From Myxococcales bacterium (GTDB lineage Bacteria; Myxococcota_A; Polyangia; Polyangiales; Houyiibacteriaceae): a stretch of DNA of 64,000 nt. Made by a program: the position numbers and the translations under genes. This document shows positions 54,065 through 64,000 of this stretch, in pieces (position 1 is the stretch's first letter; each line of letters begins with the position of its first letter). The stretch covers positions 1,315 to 65,314 of the forward strand of contig JAHEEE010000014.1 in assembly GCA_024640845.1 (NCBI GenBank), in the 5' to 3' direction. Below the pieces are notes generated by a model that worked only from the letters and a program-made list of their open reading frames with translations, ran no database searches and was not told the DNA's origin.

Positions 54065-55228
54065 GTGACGCGTATCATCCTCATGGTTGCCGCGGCCTTT
54101 GCGGTCCTCGCTTCGCTGCTGGACCTATTCGGGCCCACGATCTTCGATCGGGCCGCGAATCGGGTTGATGAGGATCCGCCGTACGCCGTGAGTGCGCGCG
54201 GGCGCGCTCTCCATGAGGACCTCTTCGTCGTGGACATGCATGCGGACTCTCTGCTTTGGGAGCGAGACCTCAGTGACCGACTGGACCACGGCTCGGTCGA
54301 CATCCCTCGACTGATCGAGGGAAACGTCGCGATTCAATCGTTCTTCATCGTCACAAAGACGCCGTGGCTCACGACCATCGACGAAACTTCGCCCGACTCC
54401 GATGCGATCACGACCCTCATCGTCGCTCAGGACTGGCCCGAAAAGACTTGGACGAGTCTTCTCGAGCGGGCCCTCTATCAAGCTTCACGCCTTCACGAGC
54501 TGGCCGAGAAATCACAAGGGCGTCTCAGGGTCTTGAAGAGCAAGGCCGATCTGCAACGGTATCGCGAAGCACGTAAGCAGGGCGGGGCGGCAATTGCCGG
54601 CATCCTCGGGGTCGAGGGTGCGCACGTGCTCGAAGGCGACCTCGGTAACCTCAAGAAGCTATACGACGCTGGTGTGCGAATCGTCGCCCCTACCCATTTC
54701 TTCGATAACGAAGTCGGCGGCTCGGCTCACGGCGTCGACAAGGGCGGCCTGAGTGATCTCGGTCGCAAGATGGTGATCGAGATGGAGGAGCGCGGGATGC
54801 TGCTCGATCTCGCGCACGCGTCGCCCGCCGTCATCGACGATGCAGTGGCCATTGCATCCCGTCCTGTCATCGTCTCACACACCGGGGTCAGAGGAACCTG
54901 CGACAACAACCGCAACCTCTCGGATACGCAGCTCCGCACGATCGCAGCGACCGGTGGCGTCGTTGGAATCGGCTACTGGAAGACCGCAGTCTGTGGCAAG
55001 GATGCGGCATCCATCGCTCGGGCGATCGTGTACGCGGCCAACCTCGTTGGCGCCGAGCACGTCGCGCTCGGTTCGGACTTCGATGGCGCGGTGCCGGTAC
55101 CATTCGACACGACTGGTCTCGGGCTCGTCGTCGACGCGCTGCTCGATCAGGGCATGAACAACGAAGACATTCGCCTCGTCATGGGCGAGAACGCCGCGCG
55201 CGTGTTCGCCGAAGCGCTGCCCGATTGA
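54065..55228 (+). CDS. Membrane dipeptidase (peptidase family M19)
   Basis: VVDMHAD, GVEGAHVLEG, DLAHASP, SHTGVRG and ALGSDFDG motifs; N-terminal anchor. Confidence 0.85.
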   Translation: MTRIILMVAAAFAVLASLLDLFGPTIFDRAANRVDEDPPYAVSARGRALHEDLFVVDMHADSLLWERDLSDRLDHGSVDIPRLIEGNVAIQSFFIVTKTPWLTTIDETSPDSDAITTLIVAQDWPEKTWTSLLERALYQASRLHELAEKSQGRLRVLKSKADLQRYREARKQGGAAIAGILGVEGAHVLEGDLGNLKKLYDAGVRIVAPTHFFDNEVGGSAHGVDKGGLSDLGRKMVIEMEERGMLLDLAHASPAVIDDAVAIASRPVIVSHTGVRGTCDNNRNLSDTQLRTIAATGGVVGIGYWKTAVCGKDAASIARAIVYAANLVGAEHVALGSDFDGAVPVPFDTTGLGLVVDALLDQGMNNEDIRLVMGENAARVFAEALPD

Positions 55229-55346
55229 GGCGTCCTGCGCTGCGCCCATTTGCCATTGAGCGAAATAAGGACACATTCGGTAGCCCAAGCAGCGTCAGTC
55301 CGACCCCCCGATCGAGCACGACCGGTCCTGAAAGGAATCCCGGAAA

Positions 55347-56744
55347 ATGGTCACGAAGCAGCGCAAGTTGAGTGAGTTGTCGGAGCACGAGAGGCAACTG
55401 ACGCCCGTCTACGGTCGTCGTGCCATGGACCATGCGGTACCCAAGTTCGCGCTCCCCGAACACGAGCTTGACCCCGACGTGGCCTACAACCTGATCCACG
55501 ACGAGCTCATGTTGGACGGCAACGCCCGTTTGAACTTGGCCACCTTCGTAACCACTTGGATGGAGCCGCAAGCCGAGAAGCTCATGGCTGAGTGCTTCGA
55601 CAAGAACATGATCGACAAGGATGAGTATCCCTACACGGCCATGATCGAAGAGCGCTGCATCAACATCGTCACTCGCCTCTTCAACGCGCCCGAAACCGGT
55701 GTGGGCGCATCCGCGATCGGGTCATCGGAGGCCGTGATGCTCGCCGGAATGGCCTTGAAGTGGAAATGGCGCGAGCGGATGAAAGCCAAGGACAAGCCCA
55801 CCGACAAGCCGAACATCGTGATGGGTAACAACGTGCAAGTCGTGTGGGAGAAGTTCGCGCGCTACTGGGATGTGGAGCCGCGCTACATCGAGATGGAGCC
55901 CGACCAATACACAATTACGCCCAAGGGCGTGCTCGATGTGGTCGATGAGAACACCATTGGAGTCATTCCGATCTTGGGCGTCACCTATACCGGCGCATTC
56001 GAGCCAGTGGAGGCCATTCACGACGCGCTCGTCGAGCACAACGCCAAGACAGGTCACGACATCCCGATCCACGTCGATGCCGCCAGTGGTGGGTTCGTCG
56101 CGCCGTTCCTTCATCCGGAGCTCAAGTGGGACTTTCGCTTGCCTCTCGTGAAGTCGATCAACGTCTCAGGCCACAAGTATGGGCTCGTGTATCCCGGGAT
56201 TGGGTGGGTCGCTTGGCGTTCGCACGAGGACCTCCCGTCGGATCTGATCTTCCACGTCAACTACCTGGGCGGCGACATGCCGACGTTCACGCTCAACTTC
56301 TCGCGGCCGGGAAATCAAGTAGTCGCGCAGTATTACAATTTCATTCGGCTCGGCCGCGCGGGCTACAAGCGCGCCTTCGAGCAGATGCGCGACGTCGCGA
56401 CTCATCTCGCTTCGGAGATCGAGAAGACCGGCCGTTTCGACCTGCTGAGCCGAGGGGATACGATCCCGGTACTCGCATTCGCCCTCAAGGACTCGAGCCA
56501 CTACACCGTCTACGATCTGTCCGCGAAGCTGCGCGAGCATGGCTGGCAGGTGCCCGCCTATACGATGCCTCCGAAAGTCGAACACCTTGCCGTGCTTCGA
56601 ATCGTGGTTCGCGAGGGCTTCAGCCGGGATCTTGCCGACATGTTGATCCAGGATCTGCACGCGGCGATCGAGCATTTCGAGTCGCAGCCGGGCTACAAAC
56701 CGGCACACACTGGCAAGACGGGCAAGGTGCACAAGCCCTGCTAA
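55347..56744 (+). CDS. Glutamate decarboxylase (PLP-dependent)
   Basis: NLATFVTTWMEP, and SINVSGHKYGLVYPGIGW containing the PLP lysine; 465 aa. Confidence 0.9.
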   Translation: MVTKQRKLSELSEHERQLTPVYGRRAMDHAVPKFALPEHELDPDVAYNLIHDELMLDGNARLNLATFVTTWMEPQAEKLMAECFDKNMIDKDEYPYTAMIEERCINIVTRLFNAPETGVGASAIGSSEAVMLAGMALKWKWRERMKAKDKPTDKPNIVMGNNVQVVWEKFARYWDVEPRYIEMEPDQYTITPKGVLDVVDENTIGVIPILGVTYTGAFEPVEAIHDALVEHNAKTGHDIPIHVDAASGGFVAPFLHPELKWDFRLPLVKSINVSGHKYGLVYPGIGWVAWRSHEDLPSDLIFHVNYLGGDMPTFTLNFSRPGNQVVAQYYNFIRLGRAGYKRAFEQMRDVATHLASEIEKTGRFDLLSRGDTIPVLAFALKDSSHYTVYDLSAKLREHGWQVPAYTMPPKVEHLAVLRIVVREGFSRDLADMLIQDLHAAIEHFESQPGYKPAHTGKTGKVHKPC

Positions 56745-56759
56745 GGACGGCTTGACCCA

Positions 56760-57455
56760 ATGCCTCTTCAAGCAGTATCCGCGCAGTGGGAGATCTTGAT
56801 CGTCGCGCTCGTCCTTGGCGGGGCCCACATCATCTCACCGGCGATCTTCAAGCGCCGCAAGGACCCGGCACGGCAGCGGGCGTTCGCGGGAGGGCTCTCG
56901 GTGGCCTATGTCTTCCTGCATCTGATTCCGAGTATCGACGTTTCTCACAGGGTCGTCGGAGCGCGGATCTACTTCGTCGCCTTGCTGGGCTTCGTTCTGT
57001 TCTATGCCTTGGATGTCCGGTACCAACCGCCGCGACATAGACACCCCACCAAGTACCATGCGTACTTAGTGGCTTTTTTTCTTTATGACGGGCTCTTGGT
57101 GTTCACGCTTGGGCTCAACCGTCCACCAACGTCCTTGCTTACTCTGCTCTTCGCAGTCGCCGTCGCGCTTGACGTGCTCGCCACCGATCTCGAGCTTCAG
57201 GAGCTCTACGGCACGCGTTTCGTTCGGCTTGGACGCTGGGTTCTCTCAGGAGGCGTCGCTTTCGGATATGCGCTCAGTCTGTTCCGACGGCCGAATCCGT
57301 TGGCCGTCGACATCCTCACAGCTGCACTTGCAGGCTTCATCATGTATCACACCTTCAACGGTCAGCTATCGTCGAACAAGGGCAGGTTCCCGGCTTTCGT
57401 CGCGGGGGTAGCCGCGTTTTCCTTTTTGCACATCCTACTCCGCCCCGTGTACTGA
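56760..57455 (+). CDS. Hypothetical integral membrane protein (about 7 TM helices)
   Basis: 231-aa hydrophobic ORF starting 16 bp after the decarboxylase. No family recognised. Confidence 0.55.
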   Translation: MPLQAVSAQWEILIVALVLGGAHIISPAIFKRRKDPARQRAFAGGLSVAYVFLHLIPSIDVSHRVVGARIYFVALLGFVLFYALDVRYQPPRHRHPTKYHAYLVAFFLYDGLLVFTLGLNRPPTSLLTLLFAVAVALDVLATDLELQELYGTRFVRLGRWVLSGGVAFGYALSLFRRPNPLAVDILTAALAGFIMYHTFNGQLSSNKGRFPAFVAGVAAFSFLHILLRPVY

Positions 57456-57506
57456 GTTTTGGGCTTCTCGTGCGGATGTGCGTCAGAGGTCCGGGCGCCG
57501 TCCCGA

Positions 57507-59138
57507 TTAGGGCCAATACCAAATGGGCGAGGTGTACGCGCGCTCTTGAATCGTTGGCGGGCGTCCTGTCTCCTTCGGGTCAACTTGGAGTGCCACAGCG
57601 TCGTACAGCGAGTGCCTCGGGGTCGGGATTTGGAGAACGCGCAGGTAGTAGAAGGCCGCTTGCTCGGGATCGAACTGAGGGTCGGACCAAAAGCCGTTAA
57701 GCGCGGCCGCGCCTTCCACGTTGACGTACTGCGCCGTCGCCAGATCGACCGTATTCTCGATCTCCGCAAGCCCCCCATCAGGTCCCCGCTCCCGGCCGGC
57801 CGACCAGGTGACGTCGTAAATCTTCTCGTATGTCTGCCCGTCGGCATCGACCCAGCCCTTGACCAGTTGGATACGGTCGAGATTGGCGCCTTCCGGATCC
57901 TTGACCGCATACATCAAGAAAGTGGGCGCTTTGCCTTCGGGGGCCTTCTTCAGCTCGCTCCCCATGGGGTACCCGAAGGTGTATCCGACGGTGACCATGT
58001 CGGCCTTTCCGGCCTGTTTGGAGTCGAAGTTCCAACCACCAAAGAAGCGCACGCGAATTCTCGGCCCCGTGGTGGCATAGACCTCTTTGCGCTTGAAGGC
58101 CTCGAAGATCGAGGTGCGGGTGTTCTCTTCGGCCCACACCGCAGTCAGGCCTTGCGCGCTGAAGTCGCGGCCCTCGAGGCCGGGGGCCGCGCCCCAGAAA
58201 TAGTCTTCGTCTGCAGAAGCGAGTCCGGTATGGGATCCGGTCGACCCGATCATCCCGAACTTGAAGGGATTCGCTCCTACCGATTGGCCGATCTGAAGTC
58301 CGCGCAAGAGCGAGGTGCGGGCATAGGAGCCGTCGCTGACCTCCGCTTTGCCCTCTCCCGCCTCGGGTGGGAGCTTCTCGAAGTCCGCAAATCCGTCGTC
58401 CGGGGAGAGCGCGGGATGCGTCTCGGAGTCGCCTTTGACTTGCGTGACCTCCGCGAGTGGCTCCCATCGCATGCGGGTTTGCGCATAGGCTTCGGAAATC
58501 GGGTGCCCCTCGCTATCGAGGTCGGGATACATCGCGCCGCCGCTGAGGTTTGGAGCGTGTGGGATCGCGATGAAGTCCGTCGCCACTCGACTGCTTGTCT
58601 CGCCGAGCCAGCGCCATAGGTCTTCGGGCCGTTGGCCATCGAGCGCACTGAAGGGTTTGAGCTGACGCGCCTGTTCCGCGCCTTCGTTCATCAGCACTGC
58701 GCGATGAATCTTGTCGCTGCCGAGCTCGCCGCCCCATTCCCAGCCGATGTAAGTCGTGAACACGCAAGGAGCGTAGTGGCGCTCCGCCGCGTCGACCACA
58801 CTGCTCCACTCCGCTTGTCCGAGCCCCTCGGCGTGATCGGTCACGACGAGGAAGTCGAGCGGTGTCTCGAGTTGAACCTTTGCGCGGGTGTAGGGATTCA
58901 CCACGGGAAGCCCCTTCGCCCAGTGGTACGCGGTGTCCGGATCAGCCGAAAGATTGCCGAGCTGACGAGCGTCCGCCGAGTAGCTCGTGTGAAGATGCGT
59001 ATCGCCCCAGAGGAGTCGATTGGGCTCGCGGGCGATGACCGCGGAATTCGTCGGTGGTGGCCCCTTGCAACCAGCAAGGCCTGCCACCGCCGTTGCCAGG
59101 GTGGTCAGAAGGAAGAACGCTGTTCGGATGCGGCTCAT
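57507..59138 (-). CDS. DUF3604-domain lipoprotein
   Basis: Signal peptide and lipobox (VAGLAGC); WGDTHLHTSYSADA and VVTDHAEG metal-site-like motifs; 543 aa. Confidence 0.85.
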   Translation of the reverse strand: MSRIRTAFFLLTTLATAVAGLAGCKGPPPTNSAVIAREPNRLLWGDTHLHTSYSADARQLGNLSADPDTAYHWAKGLPVVNPYTRAKVQLETPLDFLVVTDHAEGLGQAEWSSVVDAAERHYAPCVFTTYIGWEWGGELGSDKIHRAVLMNEGAEQARQLKPFSALDGQRPEDLWRWLGETSSRVATDFIAIPHAPNLSGGAMYPDLDSEGHPISEAYAQTRMRWEPLAEVTQVKGDSETHPALSPDDGFADFEKLPPEAGEGKAEVSDGSYARTSLLRGLQIGQSVGANPFKFGMIGSTGSHTGLASADEDYFWGAAPGLEGRDFSAQGLTAVWAEENTRTSIFEAFKRKEVYATTGPRIRVRFFGGWNFDSKQAGKADMVTVGYTFGYPMGSELKKAPEGKAPTFLMYAVKDPEGANLDRIQLVKGWVDADGQTYEKIYDVTWSAGRERGPDGGLAEIENTVDLATAQYVNVEGAAALNGFWSDPQFDPEQAAFYYLRVLQIPTPRHSLYDAVALQVDPKETGRPPTIQERAYTSPIWYWP

Positions 59139-59144
59139 TGGCTT

Positions 59145-59657
59145 TCAGTACTGAATTCGTGCCCCGATGGACCAGGTGAACCCGCGCAGAGGCGTCGCGT
59201 CGGCGGACCGCGCTCCGTCGGTCGTTTGGAAGTATACGTAGGGCATGATCGCCACCATGAACAACCTGAGATTATAGCCGACTCCGACTCGACCCTGCGT
59301 CGCGACCCCCAGGTCGTCAAAGAGCGCTCCCGCCTGCATGAAGACTTTGACGGTGCGGGTTGGCCACCAGCCAATTCCCCCGCCGACCCACCAATCCTGC
59401 GTACCCTGAAACCGGAGTTTCCCGATCTTCTGGCCGAGCACCTCGAACGAGACCCCGTTGAACTGACGATCGATGTGATACTCGTAGCCGAGGCCGATGG
59501 TGATGCTCTTTTGCCCGACCCCGGTCCGAGTGCTCGCGAAGTCGATATGCACGTGGTGCATTCGCTCCCGATAATCAAGCTGGTATTTCTGCATTTGGGC
59601 AGGGGTGGGAGCCACGCCCGCGGCGTTCATGAGCATGACGATGAGGGCGGTCAACAT
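59145..59657 (-). CDS. Small outer-membrane beta-barrel-like protein
   Basis: 170 aa; alternating Gly/aromatic strands and a C-terminal …WSIGARIQY. There is a 6-bp gap to DUF3604. Confidence 0.5.
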   Translation of the reverse strand: MLTALIVMLMNAAGVAPTPAQMQKYQLDYRERMHHVHIDFASTRTGVGQKSITIGLGYEYHIDRQFNGVSFEVLGQKIGKLRFQGTQDWWVGGGIGWWPTRTVKVFMQAGALFDDLGVATQGRVGVGYNLRLFMVAIMPYVYFQTTDGARSADATPLRGFTWSIGARIQY

Positions 59658-59663
59658 CGGCTG

Positions 59664-60068
59664 TTACCCTTCCTCGACCAGGATGGCTTCGGTCTCTGTC
59701 ATGATGCCTTCGGTTCGGCAGCGGTCGCATTCGGCTGGATTGAAGCGGATGATTGTTCCGTGAACCCAGTGCCCGTAGACGTCGAGGGTCGGGATCACGG
59801 CATGGCCGCCCTGAGCGCACACGGTCGGTCCGACGAGCTTGCGAAAGCGTTCCTCGTCGTCGGGCAGCTGTTGCATCGAAAACGCGTCGATGTCGATGAC
59901 GCCAAGCTCTTCGTAAGGCTCGACGATGCGATTGCGAACCACTCGGTAGTCGCAGTCCGGTCCTCGCGGGGCGTAGGTCCCACCGGTCTTTCGGTACTCT
60001 CCCGTACCGCCGCAGGCGGCGCAGCCAACGGTCATGATCCAAATCAACGCGCGGATGCTGAGCTTCAT
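59664..60068 (-). CDS. Hypothetical lipoprotein (134 aa)
   Basis: The ATG at 60068 gives MKLSIRALIWIMTVGCAAC (lipobox). There is a 6-bp gap to the next gene. The longer track ORF (to 60269) overlaps the divergent gene. Confidence 0.5.
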   Translation of the reverse strand: MKLSIRALIWIMTVGCAACGGTGEYRKTGGTYAPRGPDCDYRVVRNRIVEPYEELGVIDIDAFSMQQLPDDEERFRKLVGPTVCAQGGHAVIPTLDVYGHWVHGTIIRFNPAECDRCRTEGIMTETEAILVEEG

Positions 60069-60214
60069 CGTCGCGTAGCCGAGCTTGCCACCTTTGCCAC
60101 TCAGTCTGCAAGGCGCCGAGTCCAGGTCGTATGGCGCAATTTTTTCGCCTTGAGGCCGAGCCACGCCGGCGATAGCATTCGCGGGCAACAAACCGGTAAC
60201 TCGGGGAGGTAACG

Positions 60215-60715
60215 ATGTTTCGAAGCATGATTTGTGTTGGGGTGCTTGGGTTGCTGATCGTTTCCGCAACGAGCTATGCCGAAGCGCCTGCGAAGGAAGA
60301 CGAGCCCGCCAAGGAGCAGCCGAAAGAGAAGAAGCCGATCACCGTTCCCGCGGGCACGGCGCTGATGGTCAAGACAGGGGAGGAAGTCTCATCCAACGAC
60401 AAGCCCGGTCGCCGGTTCAGCGCGACGCTTCAGGCGAATCTGGTTGCTGGGGACGACGTCGTGGCTGACAGCGGCACCCAGGTCTACGGCCAAGTCGCAT
60501 CGTCGAAAGACGTTGGTCGCGGCATCGTCGCCAGTCACTCCGACCTGGTCCTGACGCTGACGGACATCAACATCGAGGGAACGATGTACCCGATTATCAC
60601 GGGCAGCTTTTCGGAGAACTCGACCTCGGTGATCCTCAGGAAGCGTGCCGTGGTGGTGCCTGCTGGCTCGCTACTCGAGTTCAAGCTCACCCAACCGCTC
60701 ACCATCAAGAAGTAG
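60215..60715 (+). CDS. Hypothetical secreted protein
   Basis: Signal peptide MFRSMICVGVLGLLIVSATSYAEA; a Lys/Glu/Pro linker followed by a beta-rich domain. Confidence 0.5.
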   Translation: MFRSMICVGVLGLLIVSATSYAEAPAKEDEPAKEQPKEKKPITVPAGTALMVKTGEEVSSNDKPGRRFSATLQANLVAGDDVVADSGTQVYGQVASSKDVGRGIVASHSDLVLTLTDINIEGTMYPIITGSFSENSTSVILRKRAVVVPAGSLLEFKLTQPLTIKK

Positions 60716-60854
60716 GCGCCTCGGAGGCCAGCGAGTCTCTTCTCGGCCGCCACGGCGACGAACACGCGGCTCCTTGCGCTGACACGGGGCCTTACTGCCT
60801 CAATTTACGAGCGGCCAGATAGCGATCACCCCGAGGTTGTCCTAAAGAAAGCAC

Positions 60855-62897
60855 TTGCGACCTCAGTCCGACCAAAGGCTCGCGTCCGAGAGGACGATCG
60901 ATCGCCTGATCGAACGCGACCACTTGCTAGCACCGTATTCTTCGGAGCTGTTGCGGCGTCTGCAGCGCACCGAAGAGACGGAATCCAAGCTCACCGCGTC
61001 GGGTTTGGACCTCGCCGACTTCGCTTCAGGCCATGAGTACTTCGGCCTCCACTTTCGCGACGGAGCTTGGGTGCTCCGGGAGTGGGCGCCGCACGCCACT
61101 TCGATGCATCTCAAGGGGCCGTTCTCCGACTGGCACGCAAAGCCCGAATACGCCTTCGCGCGCGGAGCCGACGGAGTGTGGGAAATCCAGCTCCCGAGTG
61201 AAGCACTGCGCCACGGTGAGCAATATCGGTTGGAGGTGAGTTGGCCGGGCGGAACAGGGGATCGAATGCCGGCGTTCGTTAGGCGCGTCGTACAGGACCC
61301 GAGCACAGAGAGCTTCAACGCCCAGGTTTGGCGTCCGGCGATGCCTTACGAATGGCGTCACGCCGCGCCGGCGCCCACCGAAGGGCCGCTCCTCCTCTAC
61401 GAGACGCACATCGGGATGGCGCAGGAAGAAGCCAGGGTCGGAACCTACGAAGAGTTTCGGCGCAAGGTCTTGCCGCGTATTCGCGATGCGGGTTACGGCG
61501 CGATTCAGATCATGGCCTTGGCGGAGCACCCCTACTATGCGTCGTTTGGTTATCAGGTTTCGAGCTTCTTCGCATGCTCCTCTCGCTTTGGTACGCCGGA
61601 GGAGCTCAAGGCGCTGATCGATGAAGCCCATGGCTACGGCCTGCCAGTGCTGATGGATATCGTGCATTCTCACGCTGCGCGCAACGAGGTCGAGAGCATC
61701 TCGCGCCAGGACGGAACAGAGAGTCTCTACTTTCACGAAGGACCGCGCGGCCACCATCCGGCGTGGAATTCCCGCTGTTTCGACTACGGCAAGCCGCAGG
61801 TGCTTCACTTTCTATTGTCGAACTGTCGTTACTGGATCGATGAGTTCCGGGTCGACGGTTTTCGATTCGATGGCGTGACCAGCATGCTGTATCGGGACCA
61901 CGGGCTCGCGCGCATCTTCACGAGCTACGACGACTATTTCGGGCCGGAGATCGACGAAGATGCTCTCACGTACCTGATGCTCGCCAACAAATTGGTCCAC
62001 CAGCTGGCCCCGAACGCCCGGACCATCGCCGAGGACGTCTCCGGTTTTCCCGCCCTGGCTCTACCCCTCGAAGAAGGCGGTGCTGGCTTCGACTATCGAT
62101 TTGCAATGGGCGTCGCCGACCATTGGATCGAGCTGACGAAAGACACTCCTGACGAAAAGTGGTCGATGGGCGAGCTTTGGTACGAGCTCAACAACCGCCG
62201 CAACCATGAACCGACGATCAGCTATGCGGAGTCCCACGATCAAGCTTTGGTGGGGGACCAGACGCTGATTTTTCGCTTGATTGGCCCTCGTATGTACGAC
62301 CGCATGTCGATTGACACCGAGGACCTCGCAGTGGATCGCGGCATCGCGTTGCACAAAATGATTCGTCTCGTAACCCTCGGGACTGCAGGCCACGGGTATC
62401 TCAACTTCATGGGCAACGAGCTGGGCCACCCTGAGTGGATCGATTTTCCACGGGAGGGAAATGGTTGGTCGTACGCGCATGCGAGGCGACAATGGAGCCT
62501 CGCGGAGGACGACAGCCTTCGCTACAAATATCTCGCCGCTTTTGATCGTGACTTGATGACGTTTGCCAAGCGACACTGTGTCCCGGACGGCCGGGATTCC
62601 TTCCTTCTGCATGTAGACGAGCGGGCGAAGGTGTTTGCCTGGCTTCGTCACGGGCTCGTGTTCGTCGCCAACTTCCATCCCACAGAGTCCTTCACGGACT
62701 ACCGAATCCCAGCCGCACCCGGCACATATCGAGCCGTTCTCGACACGGACCGGCGTGAGTACGGCGGCTTCGAGCGGAGGGATCCGGATGTACACCACCA
62801 CACGCTCGCCGATCCCATTCAACGTCACTTCCTGAGTCTGTACCTTCCTTCACGCAGCGCGTTCGTGCTCGAGACGACGAACGGAGAAGAGACGTGA
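60855..62897 (+). CDS. glgB: 1,4-alpha-glucan branching enzyme (GH13, eukaryote-like type)
   Basis: GH13 regions [24 protein letters not shown] and YAESHDQ. The TTG start is uncertain. Confidence 0.85.
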   Translation: MRPQSDQRLASERTIDRLIERDHLLAPYSSELLRRLQRTEETESKLTASGLDLADFASGHEYFGLHFRDGAWVLREWAPHATSMHLKGPFSDWHAKPEYAFARGADGVWEIQLPSEALRHGEQYRLEVSWPGGTGDRMPAFVRRVVQDPSTESFNAQVWRPAMPYEWRHAAPAPTEGPLLLYETHIGMAQEEARVGTYEEFRRKVLPRIRDAGYGAIQIMALAEHPYYASFGYQVSSFFACSSRFGTPEELKALIDEAHGYGLPVLMDIVHSHAARNEVESISRQDGTESLYFHEGPRGHHPAWNSRCFDYGKPQVLHFLLSNCRYWIDEFRVDGFRFDGVTSMLYRDHGLARIFTSYDDYFGPEIDEDALTYLMLANKLVHQLAPNARTIAEDVSGFPALALPLEEGGAGFDYRFAMGVADHWIELTKDTPDEKWSMGELWYELNNRRNHEPTISYAESHDQALVGDQTLIFRLIGPRMYDRMSIDTEDLAVDRGIALHKMIRLVTLGTAGHGYLNFMGNELGHPEWIDFPREGNGWSYAHARRQWSLAEDDSLRYKYLAAFDRDLMTFAKRHCVPDGRDSFLLHVDERAKVFAWLRHGLVFVANFHPTESFTDYRIPAAPGTYRAVLDTDRREYGGFERRDPDVHHHTLADPIQRHFLSLYLPSRSAFVLETTNGEET

Positions 62898-64000
62898 TCT
62901 CGCAGGGTCCGGACTGGCGGCCGGAGCAAGCCCGAAAGTCACTACGACGGCTGCTCCCTGAGCTCGAAGAAGCATTCGCGGTGGAGCTCGGGCCTGTCGC
63001 CTTCGACTGGCATCGCTTCAAGAACCGGCTCCATCGAGAGTGGGAGCGCCTGTTCTCGCATCTCTACGAGCTCTACGGCTGGCAGTATGACTTCCACTAC
63101 ACCCTCGAGCGGATCCTGCGTTCGATGATCCGCTCGTGGCTCGATCGTTCCGACGAGCTACGTCGCCTCGACGAGGCGCGCGAGGCGGAGCCCGATTGGT
63201 TCCAGTCGCAGGAGATGGTCGGCATCGTCCTCTACGTCGACTTGTTCAGCGACCAGCTGGCGAAGCTCAAGGATCACATTCCGTACTTCAAGAAGCTCGG
63301 GCTCACCTATCTGCACTTGATGCCTCTCTTCGCCACACCTCATGGAGAGAATGACGGTGGATACGCCGTAAGCGACTACCGCTCGATCAACCCAGACCTC
63401 GGGACGATGGAAGAGCTCGAGGAACTGGCTTCCGTGCTTAGGCACGAGGGAATCAGCGTCGTGCTCGATTTCGTATTCAACCACACGTCAGACGAACACG
63501 TCTGGGCGGTGAAAGCCAAGGCCGGCGATCCCGATTTCATGGGCTACTACTTCACCTTTCCCGATCGTGAATTGCCCGACGAGTTTCAACGCTACCTGAG
63601 GGATATTTTCCCCGAAGTGCGGAAGGGTAGCTTCACGTGGTCCGAAGACCTTCAACGGTGGGTCTGGACCACCTTCAACAGCTATCAGTGGGACTTGAAC
63701 TACACCAACGCCGAGGTGTTCCGCGCGATGGCCGAGGAGATGTTGTTCTTGGCCAACCGGGGGGTCGAAGTGCTGAGGCTTGATGCAGTCGCGTTCCTCT
63801 GGAAGCGCCTCGGAACCAACTGCGAGAACCAACCGGAGGCCCATACGATTATTCGCGCCTTCAATGCCATCACGCGGATCGTCGCGCCGGCGCTTCTCTT
63901 CAAGTCGGAAGCGATCGTGCATCCGAACGAGGTCATCCGCTATGTGCATCCCGAAGAGTGCCAACTCTCGTACAATCCCTTGCTCATGGCGCTATTGTGG
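62894..64000 (+). CDS. Amylosucrase-like GH13 enzyme, N-terminal 369 codons (continues beyond the right edge)
   Basis: Absent from the ORF track because there is no stop in the window. The GTG at 62894 overlaps the glgB stop (GTGA). Motifs: [41 protein letters not shown] and [15 protein letters not shown]. Confidence 0.8.
   Translation, partial: MISQGPDWRPEQARKSLRRLLPELEEAFAVELGPVAFDWHRFKNRLHREWERLFSHLYELYGWQYDFHYTLERILRSMIRSWLDRSDELRRLDEAREAEPDWFQSQEMVGIVLYVDLFSDQLAKLKDHIPYFKKLGLTYLHLMPLFATPHGENDGGYAVSDYRSINPDLGTMEELEELASVLRHEGISVVLDFVFNHTSDEHVWAVKAKAGDPDFMGYYFTFPDRELPDEFQRYLRDIFPEVRKGSFTWSEDLQRWVWTTFNSYQWDLNYTNAEVFRAMAEEMLFLANRGVEVLRLDAVAFLWKRLGTNCENQPEAHTIIRAFNAITRIVAPALLFKSEAIVHPNEVIRYVHPEECQLSYNPLLMALLW

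Overview
High-GC (roughly 63-65% by eye), very tightly packed chromosomal segment with about 70 protein genes and one tRNA. I found no transposase, integrase, phage or CRISPR content. The gene content looks like core genome of a Myxococcota/Bradymonadia-type deltaproteobacterium (inference only): a CdnL-type CarD regulator, several FHA / PilZ / DUF4388 signalling proteins, a Lys-rich histone-H1-like protein, DUF3604 paralogs and a split nuo operon. Main blocks, left to right:
- DUF3604-like (partial) and a HupE/UreJ transporter behind a B12-riboswitch-like leader, then tRNA-Leu.
- NhaR-like LysR regulator, purEK, an IDH-like dehydrogenase, pgeF, accD-folC, hemE, yacG.
- rpsB-tsf-pyrH-frr.
- FHA/DUF4388 protein, FMN reductase and pirin.
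- cdnL-rng-pilZ-J-like operon, then the histone-like gene.
- DUF72 and an NFACT protein, two tandem zinc-ribbon/double-FHA proteins, an S41 protease.
- mlaF-mlaD-thyA-folA.
- nuoEF-JKLMN.
- Radical SAM protein, lepB, tsaB, a GlgA-like protein, a second purE, MscS, an M19 dipeptidase, glutamate decarboxylase.
- A DUF3604 envelope operon, then branching enzyme and amylosucrase (partial).

Four genes are missing from the supplied ORF track and were recovered by reading the sequence. Two run off the window edges (1-603 and 62894-64000). Two are shorter than 60 aa (yacG, and a 55-aa lipoprotein).

No single novel multi-gene system stands out. The most unusual items are:
- a tRNA-Leu with anticodon AAG;
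- the riboswitch-like hupE leader;
- a ~190-aa soluble domain fused to the C-terminus of NuoL, in a nuo operon lacking nuoG/H/I;
- a 176-bp element flanked by inverted repeats in a 525-bp non-coding gap;
- GlgA-like, IDH-like and J-domain-like proteins with substitutions in catalytic motifs;
- six convergent gene pairs whose stop codons overlap in a YTAG tetranucleotide.

All family assignments come from motif recognition by eye. No database search was run.
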